Below, piece after piece: positions 23,376 to 32,811 of a stretch of 64,000 bases of DNA. Position numbers and translations under genes: made by a program. The stretch is from contig OY760074.1 of the NCBI GenBank assembly GCA_963663035.1, forward strand, positions 1,664,001-1,728,000. The letters are read 5' to 3'. The notes beneath the pieces were generated by a model. That model was not told the origin of the DNA and did not search any database. It worked only from the letters and a program-made list of their open reading frames with translations. The first letter of the stretch is position 1. Every line of letters starts with the position of its first letter. The stretch comes from Acidobacteriota bacterium (lineage in GTDB: Bacteria > Acidobacteriota > UBA6911 > RPQK01 > JADFOI01).

Positions 23376-24755
23376 GAGGTTCCGTCAATAAGTGTGTAAA
23401 TAGACATCAGGCGGCTTTCTCCTGGGTGACTGGGTTGACTGGAACTCCATTGACATATTGGGCTCCTTGGTAGACATCCTTCATCAAGTGGGGAGCCTTC
23501 AAACGGCGAAATCTCTTCTCAGCGACCAGCAGCATCTTCCAGATGACAGCCCGTGCGTTGGCCACTTTCTTGAACCTTCGAGCAGCATCGGTTCGCAGTC
23601 GCAGAGCAGAGAAGGGAGACTCCACTGGGTTGGTAGTCCGCAGATGTTGCCACTGCTGTTTGGGATAGTTGTAAAACGTCACCATCCGCTCCCAGTCCTG
23701 GTCGATCAGATCAGCCGCTGCCTCCAGGCCTCTCTTGCTACACCAATGTTGGAATCGTCCTTTGACTCGCTCGGCTTCCTGCCGTGTTTCTGCATAAGGG
23801 ATCTGCCGCAACATCAACAAGGCCGCTTTGTGCCGACTCTTGGGGATCTTGGCCAGCAAGTTGACGATGCGATGATTCCAGCATCTCTGCTCGTCGGCTT
23901 CTGGGAACACGTTGCGCAACGCTCCCCAGATCCCCAGATGCCCGTCAGCGATCACCAGACGGGGTGGGTTCATCCCCCGCTCTTTGAGATCCCGCAGCAC
24001 TTCGGACCAGCTCTGGGTCGATTCTCGATAACCACTACTGACGGACACCACCACTTTAGTGCCATCACTTAAAGCGGCGATCACTACCAGAATCACGGCC
24101 TTCTCCTTCTCCAGCCCTGCTTTGATGTACACGCCGTCCGCCCACAAATACACGACTTCCAGATCATCCAGCCGACGGCTCTGCCAGGCCTCCATTTCTC
24201 CCTGCCACTTCTGTTTCAACCGGGCTACGGTGCTGGGGGACAGCGGCGCTTCTTCCCCTAAAAGCCCTCTCAAGGCCAGATCGAAATCCCCCTCGGCCAG
24301 ACCATGTAAATAGAGTTCTGGAATCAAGTCTCGTACCTCTCGCGTTCGCTTGGCAAACAGCGGCAAGACCCGGCTCTCAAAACGCTCTTCCAGATCCCGC
24401 ACTCGGGGACGCCGCAGCTTGATCGTTCCGCAACTCATCGTCAGTCGCCGCTCCTTGCCGTAGCCGTTGCGATAGCCACCGGAGGCGTCCACTTCTCGGC
24501 GACGCTCATTCTTTCTTCGTCCCAGCAGCTGTGTCACTTCATCCTCCAGCAGTTCCTGTACGTAAAACTGGATCTGCTCTCGCACCCACTCTTCCAGCTG
24601 TTCAAAGCAGACTCTTGACTCCACACTGTGATCAATGTTCTTCTTGCTCATGGCGGTGTGACTCCTTCCTTTCGGGCTCTTCCGCCCGGGTTTTTATTTT
24701 CACCCGGAAGGATAATCACCGCCTGTGCTATTTACACACCTTTTGAGGGTAGCTC
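23376..24755 (-). mobile_element. IS256-family element copy A (1380 bp)
   Basis: IRs GAGCTACCCTCAAAAGGTGTGTAAATAG / GAGGTTCCGTCAATAAGTGTGTAAATAG; inverted copy of 28112-29491. Confidence 0.95.
23407..24651 (-). CDS. IS256 transposase
   Basis: YRNGY, YLWADG, IADG, QRCWNH, RTTNPVES. Confidence 0.95.
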   Translation of the reverse strand: MSKKNIDHSVESRVCFEQLEEWVREQIQFYVQELLEDEVTQLLGRRKNERRREVDASGGYRNGYGKERRLTMSCGTIKLRRPRVRDLEERFESRVLPLFAKRTREVRDLIPELYLHGLAEGDFDLALRGLLGEEAPLSPSTVARLKQKWQGEMEAWQSRRLDDLEVVYLWADGVYIKAGLEKEKAVILVVIAALSDGTKVVVSVSSGYRESTQSWSEVLRDLKERGMNPPRLVIADGHLGIWGALRNVFPEADEQRCWNHRIVNLLAKIPKSRHKAALLMLRQIPYAETRQEAERVKGRFQHWCSKRGLEAAADLIDQDWERMVTFYNYPKQQWQHLRTTNPVESPFSALRLRTDAARRFKKVANARAVIWKMLLVAEKRFRRLKAPHLMKDVYQGAQYVNGVPVNPVTQEKAA

Positions 24756-24895
24756 GCCCTACGGAGCGAGGGCAGCCCGAACGACCGATAATGGACTTAT
24801 ATTATGTAACGTTTCGCCGAGGTGACTCCCAAGGAGTAGAGGTGCTGGGAAGTACGAGATGAGAAGTACCAGGCAGAATACTCCACCCAGGCGAA

Positions 24896-24923
24896 ACTTT
24901 GCATAATATGCATTATCGGTTCG
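24896..24923 (-). other. XerC/D dif-like site
   Basis: CGAACCGATAA-TGCATA-TTATGCAAAGT (11-6-11); degenerate inverted copy at 24781-24812. Confidence 0.55.
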
Positions 24924-25639
24924 TTCGGGAAATCGCTTCTTCGGAAGTAGTTACTGGGTGAAAGCCTAAGCATTCGCCGGATTGGAAGGGCTAATTGGAA
25001 GAAGCCCAGCCGCGAAAGACAAGTCCCTCCTCCACAGGAAGCAACTCTTTTTGTAAACACTCCACGGCCGAGCTTTTTAGCAAAACATTCCTTTCTTTTA
25101 AGGTTATTAAGGATGCTCCGCACCTTAAAGGCTTTTCCCTGCGGCCTTCTGAAAGGCCCCTGAGGCCCCAGAGGAAAAACGCGAAAAAATGCACAACAAT
25201 GGCGAAGCATATGCAAAAGGCGTGACAGGGCGGATGTCCTGGCGCGATCTTTTGCAGCGGAGCCATTTGCCACCGCCAGTGATCGCGGAGTGAGAGGCGC
25301 AACTGGGCGGGCCCTGGCGGCGCCCGCCCAGAGCGGAGGAAGCAGGGGCGGGTGAATGCCGCTGCGGAAGACCCGGCGATCAGCCGGGACTGGAGCCGGC
25401 AGATGCCGCCCCGGAGTCAGGAGCGATTGCGCCGAACCGGAGCGAACTCAATTGATGCCGCCCGGAGCGGGCTGGACCGGAGCCGCGGAAGACCCGGCGA
25501 GTAGCCGGGGCTGAAGCGCTGCGGAGGGCAGACCGCGGAGGGCGTACCATAGACTGCGCCTTCATTTCTTCTGTTACCTAATCCCCTCAAATACGACTAC
25601 TCGTTCGGAATAACACTTTGGATACAGTAATTCCTCTAA

Positions 25640-26011
25640 TCAAATATCAATGAGCTCAAGGCTGATGAGGAGAGCTCGATTAACCTGTTCCATTGTTTCG
25701 GATGATACTGCCCCAAGCGATCTAACCAAGCGTCTTTTGTCAATCGAACGGACTTGATTAAGTAGCACTACCGAGTCAGTTGTTAGACCTCCCTCCCGAG
25801 ATCTTATCAGGACTTCTGTCGGATAAAGTTGGTCGTCAAACTTTGATGTGATGGCAGCGACAATAGTGATGGGACTATACCGATTAGCAATATCGTTTTG
25901 CAAAATTAAAGCCGGGCGCGTCTTTGTTATCTCTGCGCCCAGTGTGGGATCAAAGTTGACGAGATAGACCTCGCCACGTTTCGGGAACTTTACCTTACGT
26001 TGCCTTCCCAT
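25640..26011 (-). CDS. mazF: PemK/MazF family toxin
   Basis: RGEVYLVNFDPTLGAEITKTRPALILQND, QVRSIDKRRL. Confidence 0.93.
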   Translation of the reverse strand: MGRQRKVKFPKRGEVYLVNFDPTLGAEITKTRPALILQNDIANRYSPITIVAAITSKFDDQLYPTEVLIRSREGGLTTDSVVLLNQVRSIDKRRLVRSLGAVSSETMEQVNRALLISLELIDI

Positions 26012-26235
26012 GCCTCTTCATCAAGAGCAAACCACTCCTCTACAAGATGGAGGTCTCGTTCAGCTTGCGCTTGTACACCTTTCTTCAACCGTCCTCTCAG
26101 GTTTTCTCGACCGACCTGCTCCACATAGTGTCTAACTGCCGTGTTAATCAGTTTGCTTCGATTGCCCTTTTCTGCCACACGATCAAGCAACCGGACAGTT
26201 TCTTCCGGCAAGGAGATGTTGATCCGTTTATTCAT
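25990..26235 (-). CDS. Ribbon-helix-helix antitoxin
   Basis: KRINISLPEE..NRSKLI RHH pattern; overlaps the toxin start; acidic tail. Confidence 0.85.
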   Translation of the reverse strand: MNKRINISLPEETVRLLDRVAEKGNRSKLINTAVRHYVEQVGRENLRGRLKKGVQAQAERDLHLVEEWFALDEEAWEGNVR

Positions 26236-26613
26236 TATTTCTCTACCTCCGTTCATGCTTCCTGAATATTACACACGATTCTTGTGTATGTCAAGGCGAC
26301 AGAATGATCCATCAGAAAGGAGGCTGTCTTACCTGTGTTAAGGTGGGAAATCTTGTATGGTGTAGTAGTCTAGCGATCTTTGCGGGTCAAGTCCTATTTT
26401 TTCTGTAAATTTCGGATCTGGGCGAGCCATGTTGAAGAGCCGTAGCGTTAATCAAACAGACACTGGGATAAACACGCCGGGTCGGCGATTAGTTCACTTC
26501 TCCGACATGCCGACTATACGTCCATGTGACGGTATTCAGATGGACGCGAGCTTCAAGTGGCCGCGCCTGGCAGCCTCCCGAAAACCTTCGTGGAAGTTTC
26601 GAGCAGCACGGCG

Positions 26614-26920
26614 CTAGCTGAAAGTGCTTACAGCCCTTCTCCTTCTCGCCAATAGCCAATGAGGTAGAAACACAAGTACGTCAATCACAATTACAATGGC
26701 CATCATCGTAAGGCTCTGCCCCGCTCTTCTCTGCTCTGACCGAAGTGCCGTTGGATAGCTTTCTTCTCGCTGTCTAGTTAGCTCTTCTTCTGACCGTTCT
26801 GTTGGTCTTACAGGAACCCCTGGAGCAATGCCACGCAGCTCTATACCAGAAGAACGTCTAAACGCCTCATTTGACTGATGTCTCTCGTATTCGTAGGCAT
26901 TTATCGTAAACTCTGGGTTT
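26614..26920 (-). pseudogene. 5'-truncated hypothetical membrane protein
   Basis: Open frame NPEFTINAYEYERHQSNEAF...IVIVIDVLVFLPHWLLARRRR..TAG with no start identified. Confidence 0.5.
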
Positions 26921-27101
26921 TCCGATGAATGATTGCGACCTGGAGGCTACCAGTTGAAACAGGCAACCGGTAGCTTTCAACCCTGATCAAGGGTTTCTCC
27001 AGGCTTGTTCTTGCAGCCCATTATAACTGCTTTAACTGACGACTCTCAGGTAAGGGGATTGGGGAGAAAAAAACTGAACCTTGATATTATGTGTAGAAAT
27101 T

Positions 27102-27500
27102 TTGATAGCAAGAGCCGATTTGAGAAATATTGCACGAGCTAGATTGAAAGATGCGGAAGTGCTACTCCAATCTCGGCGCTATGCTGGAGCTGTGTACCTG
27201 TGTGGTTATGTAGTTGAGATCGCCTTGAAAGCACGAATCTGCCGCACTTTGAAGTGGGCGGGGTATCCATCTACCAGGGGGGAGTTTCAGAATTATCAGA
27301 GTTTCAGAACTCATAACTTGGACACTCTGCTAAGCCTGTCCGGCACAGAAACCAAGATCAAAAGAGCCTATTTTGCGGAGTGGTCCGTAGTGCAAAATTG
27401 GGATCCAAAACTACGATACAGTCCAGTCCGGACGACTTTAAAACAAGATGCGTTGGATATGATTAATTCGGCTAAAGTAATTTTTAGTGGCCTCAGATGA
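27102..27500 (+). CDS. HEPN domain protein
   Basis: ARLKDAEVLL..RYAGAVYLCGYVVEIALKA, RTHNL, W..LRY. Confidence 0.85.
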   Translation: MIARADLRNIARARLKDAEVLLQSRRYAGAVYLCGYVVEIALKARICRTLKWAGYPSTRGEFQNYQSFRTHNLDTLLSLSGTETKIKRAYFAEWSVVQNWDPKLRYSPVRTTLKQDALDMINSAKVIFSGLR

Positions 27501-28135
27501 TCGACACAGATAAGTTGCGAAAATTAATGGATGAAATAGCTCTTGAACAAGGAGCATTCACACTCTTTGGCTTATTCCTTCGTGACGGCCAATGGGCTCT
27601 TGTTGTATCAGCTCCTTGGCTCGAAAGGGGGAAACTTGAAGCCTTTAGCTACCTCTCAGAAAGAGTCGTACCACGCCTAACAGAGAAAGAGCTACTTAGC
27701 CTTTCGCGCATGGAATCGCTCAACGAAGGTGACCCGGCTTTGGAAGCGATCCTTCATACTCTTCGCATTGAGGGTGGCCCTATATTGCAAGGCGAAAATC
27801 TATTTGGGCTTGAAATTCAAGAAGCTCTAGTACTTATGCCCAACACTAAAGGACTCAAGAGGATCGCTGAAGAGGTCATGGAGGAAATGACTAAAAACCT
27901 TCATTTTGCACAGAATATGTTTGAATTCAGAGGGCGTGGATTGATGCAGGCGGAACGAGGTTCGCCAATTTGGAGGATAGCACTCTGGTTTAGAGGAGAT
28001 GAAGGAATCGACGTTGAGGTTACGGTCAAACCGGACACTACCGATGATGAGATCCGTAACCAAATTAGACAGGCGATGGAAAAAAGATTTAGGCAACTCG
28101 GACAAGGGGACGAGCTACCCTCAAAAGGTGTGTAA
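27497..28135 (+). CDS. HEPN-partner protein (degenerate nucleotidyltransferase-like) with an extra C-terminal domain ending in IS256
   Basis: ATGA overlap with HEPN; FGLFLRD..WALVVSAPW; last codons lie within the IS256 IR. Confidence 0.6.
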   Translation: MIDTDKLRKLMDEIALEQGAFTLFGLFLRDGQWALVVSAPWLERGKLEAFSYLSERVVPRLTEKELLSLSRMESLNEGDPALEAILHTLRIEGGPILQGENLFGLEIQEALVLMPNTKGLKRIAEEVMEEMTKNLHFAQNMFEFRGRGLMQAERGSPIWRIALWFRGDEGIDVEVTVKPDTTDDEIRNQIRQAMEKRFRQLGQGDELPSKGV

Positions 28136-29491
28136 ATAGCACAGGCGGTGATTATCCTTCCGGGTGAAAATAAAAACCCGGGCGGAAGAGCCCGAAAGGA
28201 AGGAGTCACACCGCCATGAGCAAGAAGAACATTGATCACAGTGTGGAGTCAAGAGTCTGCTTTGAACAGCTGGAAGAGTGGGTGCGAGAGCAGATCCAGT
28301 TTTACGTACAGGAACTGCTGGAGGATGAAGTGACACAGCTGCTGGGACGAAGAAAGAATGAGCGTCGCCGAGAAGTGGACGCCTCCGGTGGCTATCGCAA
28401 CGGCTACGGCAAGGAGCGGCGACTGACGATGAGTTGCGGAACGATCAAGCTGCGGCGTCCCCGAGTGCGGGATCTGGAAGAGCGTTTTGAGAGCCGGGTC
28501 TTGCCGCTGTTTGCCAAGCGAACGCGAGAGGTACGAGACTTGATTCCAGAACTCTATTTACATGGTCTGGCCGAGGGGGATTTCGATCTGGCCTTGAGAG
28601 GGCTTTTAGGGGAAGAAGCGCCGCTGTCCCCCAGCACCGTAGCCCGGTTGAAACAGAAGTGGCAGGGAGAAATGGAGGCCTGGCAGAGCCGTCGGCTGGA
28701 TGATCTGGAAGTCGTGTATTTGTGGGCGGACGGCGTGTACATCAAAGCAGGGCTGGAGAAGGAGAAGGCCGTGATTCTGGTAGTGATCGCCGCTTTAAGT
28801 GATGGCACTAAAGTGGTGGTGTCCGTCAGTAGTGGTTATCGAGAATCGACCCAGAGCTGGTCCGAAGTGCTGCGGGATCTCAAAGAGCGGGGGATGAACC
28901 CACCCCGTCTGGTGATCGCTGACGGGCATCTGGGGATCTGGGGAGCGTTGCGCAACGTGTTCCCAGAAGCCGACGAGCAGAGATGCTGGAATCATCGCAT
29001 CGTCAACTTGCTGGCCAAGATCCCCAAGAGTCGGCACAAAGCGGCCTTGTTGATGTTGCGGCAGATCCCTTATGCAGAAACACGGCAGGAAGCCGAGCGA
29101 GTCAAAGGACGATTCCAACATTGGTGTAGCAAGAGAGGCCTGGAGGCAGCGGCTGATCTGATCGACCAGGACTGGGAGCGGATGGTGACGTTTTACAACT
29201 ATCCCAAACAGCAGTGGCAACATCTGCGGACTACCAACCCAGTGGAGTCTCCCTTCTCTGCTCTGCGACTGCGAACCGATGCTGCTCGAAGGTTCAAGAA
29301 AGTGGCCAACGCACGGGCTGTCATCTGGAAGATGCTGCTGGTCGCTGAGAAGAGATTTCGCCGTTTGAAGGCTCCCCACTTGATGAAGGATGTCTACCAA
29401 GGAGCCCAATATGTCAATGGAGTTCCAGTCAACCCAGTCACCCAGGAGAAAGCCGCCTGATGTCTATTTACACACTTATTGACGGAACCTC
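28112..29491 (+). mobile_element. IS256-family element copy B (1380 bp)
   Basis: Same IRs and identical transposase translation to copy A. Confidence 0.95.
28216..29460 (+). CDS. IS256 transposase
   Basis: Identical to the 23407-24651 protein. Confidence 0.95.
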   Translation: MSKKNIDHSVESRVCFEQLEEWVREQIQFYVQELLEDEVTQLLGRRKNERRREVDASGGYRNGYGKERRLTMSCGTIKLRRPRVRDLEERFESRVLPLFAKRTREVRDLIPELYLHGLAEGDFDLALRGLLGEEAPLSPSTVARLKQKWQGEMEAWQSRRLDDLEVVYLWADGVYIKAGLEKEKAVILVVIAALSDGTKVVVSVSSGYRESTQSWSEVLRDLKERGMNPPRLVIADGHLGIWGALRNVFPEADEQRCWNHRIVNLLAKIPKSRHKAALLMLRQIPYAETRQEAERVKGRFQHWCSKRGLEAAADLIDQDWERMVTFYNYPKQQWQHLRTTNPVESPFSALRLRTDAARRFKKVANARAVIWKMLLVAEKRFRRLKAPHLMKDVYQGAQYVNGVPVNPVTQEKAA

Positions 29492-29660
29492 CAAGTTGCC
29501 GGGCAATAGCCCTAAAACTCGTACCTTGCTCTCTAAGCCTGTGAACCTCAGCAGGATCAATTGCTGCTGCTAGCCGGCCTAATCTCTTACCGTTGTCACA
29601 ATACTCCCTGAAAATGTTCCAACCTCTCTCCTGGGTGTAGCGTCTCAGATCCGGGAGCTG
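29492..29660 (-). pseudogene. Serine resolvase remnant (internally deleted)
   Basis: QLPDLRRY..RGW.IFREYCDNG joined directly to KRLGR..EVHRLREQGTSFRAIARQLG (HTH). Confidence 0.7.
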
Positions 29661-29789
29661 GCCAAGTGAAAGAATTGACTTGAAAAACACACCTTGGGCG
29701 CACCTGAGGATTTGTAGAGAGTTATAAACACTTGATAATAAATAGGTTAATGTAATCCCTTGTCAATTCGTGATATAAACAGGATTTTG

Positions 29790-30470
29790 ATGCAAATCCG
29801 AGGCATTATTTTTGATTTCAATGGTGTACTGGTTGATGATGAACCCGTACACTTCCGTGGATTTCAGGAGGCTCTCAAGAAAGAGGGACTGACCTTGAGT
29901 TGGGAGGAGTACTGCCAAAAGTATCTTCCCTATGACGACCGAAACTTTTTCTTACACTTCCTGAACGACCAGAATAGGGAGTCCCACCAGCAGCCCGTCA
30001 ACCAGCTCGTTGATCGTAAATCTCACCACTACTTTAAGGAAATTGAGCGGCACGTTCCGATGATTGAGCCTTCTGTCGATTTTGTGCGCAAGCTCTCTCC
30101 GAAAGTGCTTCTGGCCATTGCATCGGGAGCCGCCAAGAAAGAGATCGAGTTCATTCTGGGTCAGCTCGGATTGCTGGAACGCTTTGCCGCGATCGTGTCG
30201 GCAGCTGATGTCGTCAATGGAAAACCCCATCCTGAAGCCTTCCTCAAAGCCCTGGCTGGACTCAAGGAGCAAGATCCCACCTTGAAACGCGATGAGGTCA
30301 TTGTCATTGAAGACTCTTATCGCGCCATCCGATCAGTCCATATCATCGGCATGAAATGTGTGGCACTGGCCACCACCTATCCCACTGGACAGCTGGGGGA
30401 GGCAGACCTGGTGCTGGAGGGCCTTGAAGGGTGGACCCAACGACGCTTAGAGGAGAGGCTAAGTCAGTGA
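29790..30470 (+). CDS. HAD family phosphatase (beta-PGM-like)
   Basis: FDFNGVLVD, GKPHPE, IEDS. Confidence 0.9.
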   Translation: MQIRGIIFDFNGVLVDDEPVHFRGFQEALKKEGLTLSWEEYCQKYLPYDDRNFFLHFLNDQNRESHQQPVNQLVDRKSHHYFKEIERHVPMIEPSVDFVRKLSPKVLLAIASGAAKKEIEFILGQLGLLERFAAIVSAADVVNGKPHPEAFLKALAGLKEQDPTLKRDEVIVIEDSYRAIRSVHIIGMKCVALATTYPTGQLGEADLVLEGLEGWTQRRLEERLSQ

Positions 30471-31172
30471 CTGTCCGGGCCGCAGTTCGATGATCTCCGT
30501 CCCCAGCTCACCTATCAGTTCTCGCAGCTCCTCCGGCGTTCCAGTCAGTGGAGGGAAGGTACCATAGTGCATGGGCAGGACTGTCTTTGCATTCATGAGC
30601 CGACAGGCATAGGCCGCTTCTTTTGGGCTCATGGTAAACAAGTCACCTATCGGGAGCAAGATGAGCTCAGGCTCATAGAGTTCTGCGATGATTTTCATGT
30701 CAGAGAAGACACAGGTATCGCCTGCATGGTAAATGCGGAATCCATTTTCGAACTCCACCACGTAACCGGCGGCTTCCCCACCATAGCTGATCGATCCATC
30801 ATCCTCGAGGATTCCGCAGCTATGACGCGCATCCACCATCGTGACACGCACATCATTGAGCTGTAGAGAGCCACCCTTGTTCATGGCATTCGTATTCTGA
30901 ACACCCTTCCGCTCAAGCCAGTGCGCTATCTCGTAGATACATCCGATCTGTGGCTTGTGGGTCTTGGCTAACTCGAGAACATCTTGGATATGATCAAAGT
31001 GAGCGTGGGTGATGAGAACAGTATCCAGGGAATCGATTGCCTTGTCCTGCTCGGGGCAAGCCGGGTTGTTCTGCACCCATGGATCGATGAGGAGCTTCTT
31101 TCCCCCGGGAGTGGTAATGAGAAAAGTCGCATGACCGAGGTACTTGATGTGGACATTGCTAATAAAGGCCAA
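30459..31172 (-). CDS. Metal-dependent hydrolase (UPF0173 MBL fold)
   Basis: LGHA, IDPW, THAHFDH, YHAGDT, PMHYGTFP; probable TTG start at 31172. Confidence 0.88.
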   Translation of the reverse strand: MAFISNVHIKYLGHATFLITTPGGKKLLIDPWVQNNPACPEQDKAIDSLDTVLITHAHFDHIQDVLELAKTHKPQIGCIYEIAHWLERKGVQNTNAMNKGGSLQLNDVRVTMVDARHSCGILEDDGSISYGGEAAGYVVEFENGFRIYHAGDTCVFSDMKIIAELYEPELILLPIGDLFTMSPKEAAYACRLMNAKTVLPMHYGTFPPLTGTPEELRELIGELGTEIIELRPGQSLT

Positions 31173-31273
31173 AAGGTCTCCTGTGGCTCCTGAATATACT
31201 CGACCCGGAGAATCGAGTAAACTAGTGTGTGGTGGGTAGTTTCGCAATTTCTCTCTGGGTTTAGAACGACTGA

Positions 31274-32107
31274 ATGGCCAAACTGATCTTTCTTTATCTC
31301 CTCTTCTTCGTCGTCGGGATGATGGCGCTGAAATTGCTGGTCGTCCTGCTTGAACCCCGGCTCACTTTCTTCCCTCTCCGTGGACTGGATAGGGCCCCTG
31401 AGAAATCGGGCCTCCCGATTAAGGAGATCCCTCTCGAGACAACCGATGAGGAGACTGTTTATGCATGGTTACTGGAACACCCCGAGCCGAGGGGTGAAGT
31501 CCTGTTTTTCCACGGAAACGGCGGTAATCTTTCTATCTGGCAAGATTTTCTGATGAGCCTTTACCACCACTCTCTTACGGTCTTTGCCCTGGACTACCGT
31601 GGCTACGGGAAAAGCACTGGATCCCCGACCGAGGAAGGTCTCTACAAAGATGCCGAAGCCCTGCTGCGCCGCTTCTGGACTAAGATTCACCGTCCCGATC
31701 TCAAGGTCATCTACTGGGGACAATCCCTGGGGGGATCGGTTGCAGCTTTCGCAACAACCGTCACAAAGCCGGACGGCGTGATCCTGGAGTCGAGTTTTCC
31801 CAACAAATATTCCCTGCTCAATCACCATCCGGTACTGAAGGTCCTGGGTTTCCTTTCCGAGTTCAAGTTTCCAACGGCGGAGTTTCTTGACGGTATTTCT
31901 CGCCCAGTTCTGGTTCTTCACGGTGAGCAGGACAAGGTTGTCCCTCTCAAACAGGGACAGCTGTTATTCGACAGTCTGCAGACGGAAAAATACCTTCACA
32001 CCATGCCCGCTGGCCACAATGATCTTCACCAGGTTGACCCCGACAAGTACTGGGAACACATCAACCAGCTCATTGACGCGATGGGAGATGGACAAGATTC
32101 ACATTAG
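31274..32107 (+). CDS. Alpha/beta hydrolase (BEM46-like)
   Basis: FHGNGGN, DYRGYGKS, GQSLGG, HGEQD, AGHND. Confidence 0.88.
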   Translation: MAKLIFLYLLFFVVGMMALKLLVVLLEPRLTFFPLRGLDRAPEKSGLPIKEIPLETTDEETVYAWLLEHPEPRGEVLFFHGNGGNLSIWQDFLMSLYHHSLTVFALDYRGYGKSTGSPTEEGLYKDAEALLRRFWTKIHRPDLKVIYWGQSLGGSVAAFATTVTKPDGVILESSFPNKYSLLNHHPVLKVLGFLSEFKFPTAEFLDGISRPVLVLHGEQDKVVPLKQGQLLFDSLQTEKYLHTMPAGHNDLHQVDPDKYWEHINQLIDAMGDGQDSH

Positions 32108-32492
32108 CGGGATTTCCTGCCTGGCTCACCTGGGAGTGACTCCAGCTGAACGAGAAAATCCCCAGGAGATTCTGGTCAACCTGGTTCTGTGCCTCGATCT
32201 GGAAACCGCCGCCAATACAGATGAGCTGGACTCAACCGTGGACTACGTGGGGATTGTGGGGAAGGTCAAGACGACACTTCAAGAGAAACGTTTTAGCCTG
32301 GTGGAGTCCTTGGCCGGCCAACTGTGCCGCTCCCTCCTGACTGATAAGAGGATTGAATCCGTTCAAGTGACGGTACGGAAGTTCCCTGAGGCTTTGCGAC
32401 AAGAAGTGAACTATGTGGAAGTTGAGCTGACTCGCAGCAATCTGAAGCCCGCTCTAGACGGTAAAGGAGATCCCACAGCTGCAAGTCTTTGA
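32088..32492 (+). CDS. folB: Dihydroneopterin aldolase
   Basis: MDKIHI..HLGV..ER..Q, TVDY, LVESLA, VTVRK. Confidence 0.88.
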   Translation: MDKIHISGISCLAHLGVTPAERENPQEILVNLVLCLDLETAANTDELDSTVDYVGIVGKVKTTLQEKRFSLVESLAGQLCRSLLTDKRIESVQVTVRKFPEALRQEVNYVEVELTRSNLKPALDGKGDPTAASL

Positions 32493-32780
32493 GGCATTCG
32501 GGTTCACGAAGGTGAAGCCTTGCTGCATGAGGGCTCCCTGCCAATCCAGCGTTACCCCTTTCAGGTAGAGATAGCTTTTCAAATCGACAAAGACCTTTGC
32601 CCCATGCTCCTCAAAAACTTTATCGTCCGGCCGTTTCTCAGGCTCAAACCGCATGACATAACTCAACCCAGAACAACCTCCACCCCTGACTCCAAGGCGA
32701 AGTCCGCCCTGGGGCTTGTTTTCCTGTTCGAGGCCTCTTCGAATCCTCTCTGCGGCTGTTTGAGAAATGTGAATGGACAT
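32454..32780 (-). CDS. iscA: HesB/IscA A-type Fe-S carrier
   Basis: GGCSGLSY, NPNA..CSCGISF. Confidence 0.88.
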   Translation of the reverse strand: MSIHISQTAAERIRRGLEQENKPQGGLRLGVRGGGCSGLSYVMRFEPEKRPDDKVFEEHGAKVFVDLKSYLYLKGVTLDWQGALMQQGFTFVNPNASKTCSCGISFTV

Positions 32781-32811
32781 GGAGCGTGCTCTCTTGTCAG
32801 TAGAAACCCAA

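Noticed and set aside
26430-26615. Integron attC site after the truncated membrane gene
   Set aside because: No convincing RYYYAAC...GTTRRRY pair or L-box hairpin, and no intI
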